From: Lama glama
Lineage: Eukaryota
Length of the DNA stretch: 64,000 nucleotides
Assembly (NCBI GenBank): GCA_028534125.1
Contig: CM052817.1
Coordinates: 47,122,001 to 47,186,000, forward strand
Reading direction: 5' to 3'
In this document: in pieces, positions 1 to 9,165 of the stretch
How positions within the stretch are numbered: the stretch's first letter is position 1
Layout of the letters: each line of letters starts with the position of its first letter
Notes under the pieces: model-generated
What the model saw: only the letters and a program-made list of their open reading frames with translations
Databases searched by the model: none
What the model was told of the DNA's origin: nothing
Translations under genes and position numbers: made by a program

Positions 1-34
1 GTCCTGTGCGCCCGTAGTGCATGAGTGCTGTCTG
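1..34 (+). other. Candidate exon 3' end (window-truncated)
   Basis: GC/CpG-rich stretch ending CTG|gtaagt (consensus donor); one open frame SCAPVVHECCL. Confidence 0.35.
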
Positions 35-274
35 GTAAGTCTAGTGTTTATCCTACATGAATTTAAAAAATTACTGGTAAAGCTTATAAAGCCTATTTAA
101 ATTATATTTTAGTGGATATCTTGTTAAAATGTATTATGCATTTTAGCTGACCCTACTGTCACATCTCAAAAAGAGCATACTGAATAATATTCTACCTTTT
201 TATCAATGACTTAAAGTCATGATTATAAATACCATTTGTTTCCAAGACAACAGTCTCTTTGTTTTATTCCTATT

Positions 275-1420
275 TTAGTGGCTTCTCTGTCTCACTTGTC
301 GATTCCTTCTCATTTTCCCTAAGTCCTTACCCTGGGCTCAATCCTTGCATATCTAGTCTTCTCTTTCCATACTTGGTGCTCAGGTGAGCTCCCTAAATTC
401 ATGGCTTTAAATACTTTAAATATCACAGTCAGAACCTCTCTCTGGACTTCTTATATATAATTATACAGTTCACTTGGTTGTCTATTTGAGCATCTCAAAC
501 CTGATATCTCCAGATGAAACCCTCATTTTCCTTCTAAAAGTTCTTCCTTTTGCAGTCATTTTTATTTCAACAAGTGACATTTCCATTTATCCTGTTGCTT
601 AGATCAAAAAATTTGGTCATCTTTGACTTCTTTCTCTCACTCCATATATCCAAGTCATCAGTAAGCTCTTTTCACTCTATCTACAGAATATATTCAGAAA
701 TACACCATGTCTCACCACTTCCACCACGACCATCACTGCCTCTCACTTGGAGTTCAGTAGCCTCTCCCTGCTTCCGTCCTTGCCTCCCCAGCACACATTC
801 TCTACCTGGTGGTTATAGGGATTCTTTAAAAATATGATCACACGATGTCACCTTTCTGGTTAAAACTCTCCAATGGCTTTGCAACTCCTTCAGAGTAAAA
901 TCCAAAGTCCTTATCATGATCTACAAGGTCCCACGTGGCCTTGGCCTCTACTTCCTCTCTGACTTCATCTTTAGTCTCTCTTCCACTGGCTTACTCTGTT
1001 TCATCACTGGATTTCTCTGTGTGCTCCTAATACAGGGTTTCTTAGTCTTGATACTATTCGCATATACTTTGTTAGGGAGGGTTTGTCCTAAACATTGTAA
1101 GATGTTTTGTAGCATCCCTGGCCTCTACTCAGTAGATGGCAGTAATGTCCCCATGCTGTGACAATAATAAATATCTCCAGACACTGCCAAATGTCTTCTT
1201 GGGGTAGGGGGCAAAACAGACCCTGGTCAAGAACTGCTGCCCTGATGTATCAATCATGCTTCTTCCTCAGGGCCTCTCCTTCTCTTGTTCTCTCTGCCTT
1301 CTCCCAGAAACCACATGGCTTGTTTCCTCATTTGATCAGGTCTGTTGCAAATACCATCTTAACATAAACTAGCCAACTCTCATTCCCTGTCAGTTACACA
1401 GTTATACAGTTGCTTTTTCT
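275..1420 (+). mobile_element. L2 (L2a-like) LINE 3' region, left part; interrupted by MER20 and by the viral insert
   Basis: Recognisable L2 motifs: catggctttaaatac, gcatctcaaac, ctccaatggctt..cagagtaaaatccaaagtcctta, ccacatggct..caggtct. Confidence 0.85.
1033..1239 (-). mobile_element. MER20 (hAT-Charlie MITE)
   Basis: cagggtttct..agcatccctggcctctac..ctccagacactgccaaatgtc..ggggcaaaa..gaactgctg is the reverse complement of MER20. Confidence 0.85.
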
Positions 1421-1445
1421 CTGTTCCATTTGCTGTTTCCTTGTT

Positions 1446-2494
1446 TTAGCCACTTCTAGGTGTTTTCTTCAATATGGAGGGAGCACAATTAGGGTAAAAC
1501 TCTTGGCCTCTTTGTTCACTCCACCCCACCACCCCGGGGAAGTAGGATGACTTACCTGATTGGCATATCTGGTAAGAAGAAACTGGATGTTTTTGGCTCA
1601 GTGCTTATTTGTTTTTTTCTCCTCTTGGAGGTCTGTTTCCCTCAAGAGCAGTTGAGGGGATCTGTTCCACTTGGTGTGTCTGTGACTGCATGGTAAGCTT
1701 GCCTCAATCTGAGGTGCAATGACATTTTGGCCTTTTTATCCAGATCCTCTTACTTAGCCTTTATCAGTAACAAAGGTGCTATTTTGAGCTCTTTATGCTA
1801 TGTCATCAATTTGTTCAAAACTTAGGGAAAAGGGATGCTATTTACCAGACTCCTTGAGACCGTAATGATTGATGCACTGAGAAATAAAGAAAAGACTGGA
1901 CGTTGGGGAAATACAATAATATGTGAACCACTGAGGATTCTGGTGTGGTGAGAGTATGCAGCTTTTGGTTTGGGATTTTGTTGTGTTGGGTAAGATATAC
2001 TGACCGTAGCTATTTGTAGAGAATTATATTTGGGTAGCTTTTAACTACTGTGGCTTGGGCAAGAGGTTTGAGCCTTAGGCCATATAGTATTTTATCCTTA
2101 GTGATGACTACCTCATGGACAGATGTTTCCATAGTCCACTCTCTTAGAGTGAGGACTATGGATTCTGGGCCTCAGAGAGCCAGGCCTACTTGGGTCTCAG
2201 CAAGGGCACGGGGGTCTCTTAGGCCTCAGCAAATGCCGACTGGGTGGGCAACCCTCACAGAAGCAGGAAGCATAGGTGCAGGATGTCTAGGCCTTCCCAA
2301 GGTGCAGACCTTGGCAAGTGTGAGGACTTCCAGATCTGTGGATGCAGCTTGCCTCAGACGTGCTGAGGCAAAATCTGATAATAGGTGGGAGCAGCTTTCC
2401 ATATACGGTCTTCTGTGACATTAGAGGAGGGCAACATACTCACTCATTACATTTAAACATTAAGGCAACAAGTCTTATGTATACTACAGGGCAT
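1446..2494 (-). pseudogene. VP40: Filovirus VP40 (matrix)-like fossil gene, copy B (near complete)
   Basis: YIRLVALM (cf. FILEAMV). GPESIVLTLREWTMET (cf. LPQYFTFDLTALKLIT). LTTPE at 1938-1952 (cf. LTSPE). SIPFP*VLNKLMT (cf. GIEVPETLVHKLTG). IAPLLLIK at 1759-1782 (cf. IIPVLLPK). LTTPE-to-IAP spacing is ~57 codons versus ~53 in EBOV VP40. Low identity, multiple stops and frameshifts, and a C-terminal extension. Confidence 0.55.
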
Positions 2495-2509
2495 TGCTGG
2501 GGTCTAGTT

Positions 2510-3166
2510 TTAATCATCAGTGCTGGCCCCAGTGTTCAGAACCACATTCATGGCCCCAATTCCATTCCGAATTCCTGAGGAAGGGACTGTGGAAAACTGA
2601 GTTTGGATCTGTGGGCTGTTTCCATAGGCTCAAGAGTTCCTTCTCACCACGTGGTCTCAAGTTGATTCTTGACTGGTTAATTTTGTACGAGACAGAAACG
2701 GACAGGAGGCAGGGTTTTTAGATCTAAACAATCTCTCGATGAGTAGAGGAAACAGACATTGTAGCCTAGAACCAAAAAAATATCAGATTTCAGTGGAGTG
2801 TAAACCTGGTGATCGTGGATAGAGAGACCACACTTCTTTCACTGACTGGGTGCCATAATTAGGAGCTCAAGGGAAATGGAAATTAGACAAGCACATAGGA
2901 AATACGAGGACTGGTGATTGGTGTTCTCACCAATGTAAAATCTCAACCTTGTAAGGAGACAGCAACTTCTCAATGTCACACACTGAAAGAAGAGACAGAA
3001 TACAGGAGTCCGGTAGATTCCTCCCTCCTTCGTATGTTAAATGTTTGATGCCAACATTAACCTCTTACTGGAATAGTTCTCCCAACCTAAGGAAAGCCCA
3101 CAGGTCTTCGGCTCTGGGCATTGGGTTTAGACTGACTGACATTCTGGCAAAACTGCCTGTCCTCAT
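2510..3166 (-). pseudogene. VP24: Filovirus VP24-like fossil gene
   Basis: ATG at 3166. AEDLWAFL..*EVNVGIKHLTYEG (cf. EBOV LSDLCNFL..WKVYWAGIEFDVTHKG). GTQSVKEVWSL at 2822-2854 (cf. RTQRVKEQLSL). LKSDIFLVL (cf. IRSNILKFI). C-terminus QFSTVPSS..MNVVLNTGASTDD* (cf. KFSLLHES..MQSLILEFNSSLAI*). About 218 codons, directly downstream of the VP30-like gene as in filoviruses. Confidence 0.75.
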
Positions 3167-3271
3167 TTTTTAATAAAAATAACATTGAGTCTCTGCAACA
3201 CTAAACATTTCATTTAAGAAACGTGGTTTTTCCTTAGATAACAGTTTTGGGGTATTTATTTATTTTCTGAT

Positions 3272-3982
3272 TTAGTGGGTGCTGGCTAGTGCTGTGACAC
3301 ACTTATGTGTCAAATTAACTTTTTGGACTCTATAATGAAGGACATCAAAGACTTGGCATTGCACTTGTGTGGCCCCGAGGCAACCACTCTCTTCCTGTGA
3401 GAGACAACGCACACTGCAGCTGATTACAGGACCCCCAGCTTCACCCTGGCAACAAGAACACTTTTGGAGCAGAGTAAGAGACTTTGTTGGAAAAATTTTG
3501 GATCTGAATTTTTTTGACCTTTAGCTTACAAGGGCAAGAGTATTTGATTCTGTTGAATTTTAATCCTTTTGGACATTAAATTGCAGAGATTTAATCTTTG
3601 AACTTTTAATATTTCTCTAACATTACATAACAGAAGAGAGTTTATATCTAATTATGAGGCATCCTTATGTGGGCATGTTACTGTAGAGAGCCTTAAGAAA
3701 TTGTGTACTTTTACTAAAGAATTTCTGATATGCTCTTTTGGACAATGTGGCTTATCACAGTTAAGCATGAGAAATAGGTTGCCAACCTTGGTATAGAGTG
3801 ACCTTGGGGTTGGTGTAAATATTTTAGGGTTTTTCCATTTTAGGGTCTTCTGGGAGCAAATGCTAAACCTTCCAAGAATGTCTTCCAAAAAGAAGTGAAT
3901 GGTGTGGGAGGAGTTTCCTCAAGAAGACAACAGCAGGGCTATTCTAATAAATTTCTTTCCTCTGCCCTGAGAGTAGTCCCAT
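3272..3982 (-). pseudogene. VP30: Filovirus VP30-like (transcription activator) fossil gene
   Basis: M(fs)DYSQGRGKK..SS*GNSS (cf. EBOV MEASYERGRPR..SSRENY). TPTPRSLYTKVGNLFLMLNCDKPHCPKEHIRNSL..STVTC (cf. [31 protein letters not shown]..ARKTC), with the C-x4-C-x3-H motif at 3730-3759. KFFQQSLLLC (cf. KFSKSQLSLLC). CNAKSLMSFII at 3331-3363 (cf. WDRQSLIMFIT). KVNLTHKC after a frameshift (cf. NIALQLPC). Motifs are in the correct order; several in-frame stops. Confidence 0.8.
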
Positions 3983-4049
3983 GATTAATCATAGACTTAA
4001 TGGTTAAGCCAATGGATTAAAAATCAAAAGCTGGTGAATGTTGATGGAA

Positions 4050-4497
4050 CTAGTATAAGTGCTTCTTCTTCCCTGTTGAGGGAGTTAAATTAGTGTAATA
4101 CTAATAGTGTCTTTTGCTCAGGGCATACCTAAGGAGGAAGAACTGACTTACCTAATTTAAAGATTTGGGAAGAATAAACTATGTTTGGGGTTCAGCTCCT
4201 CCACTTCTCTCCTGAGCAGTTAGCTTCTTCCTGATAAGACATGCTATAGGTCTTAGCCCAGGCTGTTCCCCATAAGAGGGTGTCCTCTCTTGTATAGGCT
4301 TGTCAGTGACAGTGGAAAAGCCTGTCCAATTTAGGAGTTCAGAATTACTGATTAACTACCTTGTCAGGCACATCCCCCAACTTAGCCTTTGTCAGTAATG
4401 AAGGTGACATTTGATCTATTATCAGTCTTTCACTTTTGTCTGATTTTCAGTTTTCTTGGAACAGAATAGAGAGATGTTATTTGTTGAATTCTCTTGT
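4050..4497 (-). pseudogene. C-terminal fragment of a second VP40-like gene, copy A (5'-truncated at the insert edge)
   Basis: Homologous to ~1460-1850. 33/42 nt identity in the core (4369-4410 vs 1741-1782; MSPSLLTKAKLGDV vs IAPLLLIKAK*EDL). Also IGQAF-TVTDKP vs LRQAYHAVTDTP, and FILPKSLN*VSQ vs FLLTRYANQVSH. Confidence 0.5.
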
Positions 4498-4603
4498 AAG
4501 TACTTATACTCCCTGATAAATTCTTTCTTTCTTTAATGTCTCTCCCTGCTAGAAGTTCCAGAGTAGGAATGTGGTTTAGTCTCTGTGTATCCATAGTTCC
4601 CAC
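4498..4603 (+). mobile_element. L2 3' end, continuation of the 275-1420 element
   Basis: agtacttatactccctga..tttaatgtctctccctgctagaa..gtgtatccatag resembles the L2a terminal region. Confidence 0.65.
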
Positions 4604-4710
4604 TTTCTTTTTTCTTTTCTTTTCTTCTCTTCTTTTTTCTTTTCTTCTTTAATGGAGGTACTGGAGGTTGAACCCAGGACTTCATGTATGCTAAGCATAT
4701 TACCCTCCCT
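4604..4710 (-). mobile_element. Vic-1-like tRNA-derived SINE, partial
   Basis: T-rich tail followed by aatggaggtactggaggttgaacccaggacttcatgtatgctaagcat. Confidence 0.75.
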
Positions 4711-5572
4711 ACTCTGTCCTTTCCTATGAGTACTATAGAAGTACATCCTTTAACTCACTCCTCACCATCTTCTTATTTTCTAAGCTTCCATGCACTTAAA
4801 CAACTTTAAGAACCTTAGAGTCTTTCTTTAGTAATGTACATGGAGCTTGTGCATTAATGGAGGCTGTTCTGCAGTATTTCTCTTTCTGGCATTTAGCTAA
4901 GTTTCAATGACTTCAATTTGCTGGATAACTAACATCTGGATAAGTGAGGTGTTACTTTCCATTATTATGAAGTTGAGAATGGTGCATACGTGATTGATTG
5001 ATTGATTTTGCATACATAATTTAAAGTTGACAAGGAGATTCTGTTTTGCTTCCATCAAGGCCGACAAGCAGTCATATTATCACATTTATGTTTGGCTTCA
5101 GTTCACACTGTCTTTCAAATGTCCTCTTAAAACTTTCTTTATTGATAGGACTCATTTCCTCCATTGCTTTCTGGATTTAAGTGTGTATAAATTTGGGTAT
5201 TCTCATGTTTATTCTCAGGCACTTTGATCTCTTCAGTTTCCTTTCTTCCTATGTGGCCTGCCCTTAATAATGTTAGGGTTTTTAATTAGGAGTGATTATT
5301 AGGCAACACCACAGGCTTAAACTTAACTTTGTGTATGTGTGTGTGTTTGTGTGTGTAGGGGTTTCTAGCTCAAGTTCAGTTAATAAAAAAGGTTTGCATT
5401 GCCTTTTTGTTGTTGTTACTGTCCCTTATGCATGAAATTTCAGGAAAGGGGTTGCTCTGTTAGAATTCTGGTATTCCTACATTTTAGTGATCATAATGCC
5501 AACTTAATAGTATCAAAACTTCACAACAAACTCAATTAGAACTCTTTCTGTTAAAAGCAACAGAAACCAATC

Positions 5573-6149
5573 TGTAGTAGGCAGCCTTTGATATGATGCC
5601 ACTGACCCTACCTCCTGGCATTTACACTCTTACGTAGTCCCTTCCTCTCAAGAGCAGGCTAGACCTAGTGACTTGTTCCTAATGTGTAGAATGACAAAAG
5701 TAATAGGAATCACTTCTGAGATCAGGTTATAAAAGACTGACTTTTTCCATCTGACACTCTCCCACTCTCTCACCTGCTCCCTGTAATGAAGCCGGTTGCC
5801 ATGTTAAGAGGTATCCTATGGAGTGGCTCATGTGACAAGGAACTGAAGCAGCCTCTGGCCTACAGCCATTGAAGAGCAGAGGCCTTCAGCCCAAGAGGCT
5901 GCGAGAAACTACATCTTGCCAATAATTGTTAAATGAGCATGGAGTTGGATTCTACCCCAGCTGAACTTTGAGATGACATTAGTTTTACTGACACATTTAT
6001 TGCAGCTTCTTGACATAACTTTACCTGTAGGACCTAACTAAGCCATGCTTGGACTCCTGAACCATAGAAACTGTGAACTAAGAAATGTGTGCTGTCTTGA
6101 TTGACTAAGTTTTAAGGAAATTAATTATTCAGCAATAGATAACTCATAT
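5573..6149 (+). mobile_element. MaLR LTR (MLT1E/F-like)
   Basis: TG start, cctcctggcattt..gacctagtgacttg..gaaactgtga..agcaatagataact end. Confidence 0.8.
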
Positions 6150-8138
6150 CCATTCTAAATCTATCATGAAAAATTATATTTAATAATTTATTAGCTTACA
6201 TCTTTAATTTTAGTTAAAAGCAAAGAACAGGAAGTCATTTGACTTGCAAAAGCATTTGTTACTCAATCATTAGAATGATTTACTTTCTTAGTTTCTGGGA
6301 ACCATACCCAAAAATGTTTTACCAAGATTTAACAAATAATAACTGGTAATATGTGCTGCTTTTTAACTTAGAAGCTCCTTGCTTAATCCAGTATACTAAA
6401 AAAGTGGAAAATTTGGAATAGAATTTTCTATGCATCTTTGCCAATTTAACATTTTTATATAATATTTTTATATTTGAACATTGCCTTAAATACATTTTTC
6501 TCAAAAATATTGAAGTTGCAAATTTAGCTCATTCAACTTATAAAACATATTTGTCAAAAACCTAAATTGCAAGGTCATCTTTATGTTCAAATTAAGCAAA
6601 TTGGATTTACTTTCTGTTGGAAAAAGCCTGACTCTATTTTAAAAATTTTGACGTGCTAATATACATTCTAAGAATATTACATAAACCACTGAGAAATTGT
6701 GGTGCACATCTTGTAAGATGCTATTTAAGAACCAACTAGAGAGTGTTGGGTTTAATTTTGTCCCACACAGCAAAAAGACAGCCTCTGATGGAAGAAGGAG
6801 AAGAAAGTGTGTGCTTGCCGGGTGTTTACCTGGGAAAATGAGCTCTGGGAAGAATTTCTCAACTGGGTAATAGAGAATATTAAGTTTCCTTCCTTATCAC
6901 CAGTGTCACAATGTATGCCTTTTCAAAGTAAAGCTCAAATCTCATTTCTGTCTTTGGGGAAAATAAAGTTGTTTATGAAAAATAATGCTATTAATCTTAG
7001 TCATAAAAATAAATTATTAGACCTATTCTGTGAAGAAAAATATCCTCCATGGAATAGGAAGACATCCTCCAAAGAACATATATAATAATATTTTTTTCTG
7101 ATTATGTTGTAAGAATTAGGTGGGATGCTCAATGTGGAAATGCCTAGTATAAGTCCCAACACTTTGTAGGCACCAGTTTTGTTTTGTTTTTCAGTGCACT
7201 GATTTATGGCCATTAGTCTGTGTTCTGCAGGTAAAGGTGATGGCAACAAGTGGTTAGGATACCTGGAAATCAAAGGTTTTGAACAAAACTTTGAGATTGC
7301 TGAGGATGTTTCAACCCCTGTAGTATATTTATATGTTTATATTTATATATAAGTATACATTTAAACATTATGTATATGTATAATTATATATATTATCTGG
7401 CTATCTATCCAGCTAGCTAGCTATATCTATCTGATGTCAAAAGCCTAGACTTTCCTTCTCTAGAAAGAACGAAATATTGGCCCTTAAAATAACATGGGAG
7501 AGAAAGCTGGCTGACCCAGTGGACGGTTTGACTTTGGGATGGGCTACTAAGTGAGACTGTGAAATCCCATCCCTTAGCTGCCTACAGAAGTAGTATTTTC
7601 TCATCTGTCTGGTATGTTAAGACAGAGAAAGGATAAGAGTGCATGAGATTAGAGATGACCTCTCAAGGTTCATCCATTCCTAAAAGTGATGAATTTTTGT
7701 AGAGGAATGCATATTGTTGGGTAATAGGGAAATAAAAACATCTATCTAGAAGGCATGTTAATGAATAAGAGTTTGTAATGCTTGGGAATTTTCTCAGGAA
7801 CTGACCAGTAACATATTTATTTGTAATCTTAATTTTAAAATGATGGTGCCTAATTTTATACCTGGCACATTTTGTATTTGTACATGATTTGTAAATGCAT
7901 CTTTCTGTAAGTAGTATATACACAGATCCCTTTTCTCTACTAGCCTGTGTGCTCTTCTAGGGAGGCCCATGTCTTCTTCATATACTTAGAACCTGGCATA
8001 GTCCTGGAACTTAGTAGGGGCTAAAAGAACTTTTGATGGACCAAACTGATCTGGACAGACCGATCTTTAGCCTGCCTTTTTAACACTGTGTACCTTTTCT
8101 TGTAGCATTTATTTTACTCATTTTGGGGCATTGTCATT

Positions 8139-8239
8139 AAATTTTTTTTTCTTTTTAATAGAGGTATTGGGGATTGAATCCAGAACTTCATGCTTGCTGA
8201 GCATGTGCTCTACCACTGAGCTATATCCATTCCACTCCA
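8139..8239 (-). mobile_element. Vic-1-like SINE with 12-bp TSD
   Basis: gaggtattggggattgaatccag..taccactgagcta; TSD GGCATTGTCATT at 8127-8138 and 8240-8251. Confidence 0.9.
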
Positions 8240-8309
8240 GGCATTGTCATTTCTATTTACTGTATCTTCAATATTAAGTTTATTTTTCTCTTCTTTTGTC
8301 TAAGATAAA

Positions 8310-8455
8310 CAGTGTATTTTAGTGGTGAAGGCACATACTTTGCCAGACTAAAAATCTTCTTGGGTAATCTGCTGTGTAACTTCGTGTAAATTATTTAATC
8401 TCTCTATACCTCAGTGTTTTCATCTGTAAAATGGATGTATTGACAGTATACATTT
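8310..8455 (+). mobile_element. MIR fragment
   Basis: ctgtgtaacttcgtgtaaattatttaatctctctatacctcagtgttttcatctgtaaaatgg core. Confidence 0.75.
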
Positions 8456-8459
8456 CATA

Positions 8460-9165
8460 TATTTTTTCTTCCAGTTTTATTAAAATATGATTGACATACA
8501 GTACCATACAAGTTTAAGATGTACAGCATAATAATTAGACTTATATACATCATGAAATGATTCCCATAATAAATTCATGAACATCCATCATCTCTTATAG
8601 ATACAACATTAAAGAAATTGAAAATTTTTTTTTCTTGAGCTGAGAACTCTTAGGACTTACTCTCTAAACTTTCATATATGATGTACAGCAATGTTAATTG
8701 TATTTATCATGTTCTGCATTGTATCCCTGGTACTTATTTATCTTATAACTGGGAGTTTGTACCTTGTGACTGCCTTCTTCCAATTCCCCATCCCCCTACC
8801 CCCACCTCTAGTAACCACAAATATTTTTTTCTAGGAGTTTATTTTTTGAAGTATAATTGACCTACAACACTATGTTAGTTCCTGGTACACAACACAGTGG
8901 TTCGATATTTCTATACATTTCAAAATGATCACCATGATAAGTCTAGTTACCATTCATCACCATAAAAAGATAGTACATTCTTATTGACTGCGTTCCCCAT
9001 GCTGTACATTTCATCCCTGTGACTCATTTGTTTTGTAACTGAAAGTTGGTACCTCTTAATCTCCCTCACCTATTTCACTCATCCCCACCACCACCAACCC
9101 TCTGGCAACCCCCTGTTTGTTCTCTGTATTTAAGACTCTGTTTCTGTTATGTTATGTTGGTTCAT
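8460..9165 (-). mobile_element. L1 3' end (L1MA9-like)
   Basis: Antisense L1 3'UTR (ttgacatacag..tacagcata..ctctggcaacc..tttgttctctgtat) with two tandem 3'-end modules. Confidence 0.8.

Larger units (their letters stand above)
1420..4497 (-). other. Filovirus-like endogenous viral element (multi-gene, degraded), inserted inside an L2
   Basis: Non-repeat insert flanked on both sides by collinear parts of one L2 3' end. Minus-strand translation gives consecutive, stop- and frameshift-interrupted frames resembling VP40, VP30, VP24 and VP40. ATTAA motifs at the gene junctions. Boundaries approximate. Confidence 0.8.

Noticed and set aside
1300..1345. PHGLFPHL in ORF 1158-1367, resembling filovirus NP EHGLFPQL
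   Set aside because: Lies within L2 sequence on the opposite strand to the viral genes; coincidental.
1446..2494. Interpretation as filovirus L N-terminus (expected after VP24; IAPLLLIK..QAYHAV loosely resembles LEPLCLAK..QMHLAV)
   Set aside because: No YPDARLSSP-like start or KHWGHP motif. Motif spacing fits VP40 better, and a homologous copy sits upstream of VP30. Not fully excluded without a profile search.
2050..3173. Plus-strand ORFs over the insert (2050-2418, 2342-2578, 2494-2721, 2973-3173)
   Set aside because: Antisense shadows of the minus-strand viral frames, with no recognisable products.
1420..4497. Endogenous bornavirus, parvovirus, ERV internal region or host processed pseudogene
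   Set aside because: No convincing bornavirus N/G/L, parvovirus NS1/PLA2 or gag/pol/env motifs, and no LTRs. Several short separate genes argue against a single host mRNA.
7231..7320. Possible exon after tgttctgcag (KGDGNKWLGYLEIKGFEQNFEIAEDVSTP)
   Set aside because: Weak polypyrimidine tract, no good donor, phase incompatible with the upstream candidate exon, and peptide not recognised.
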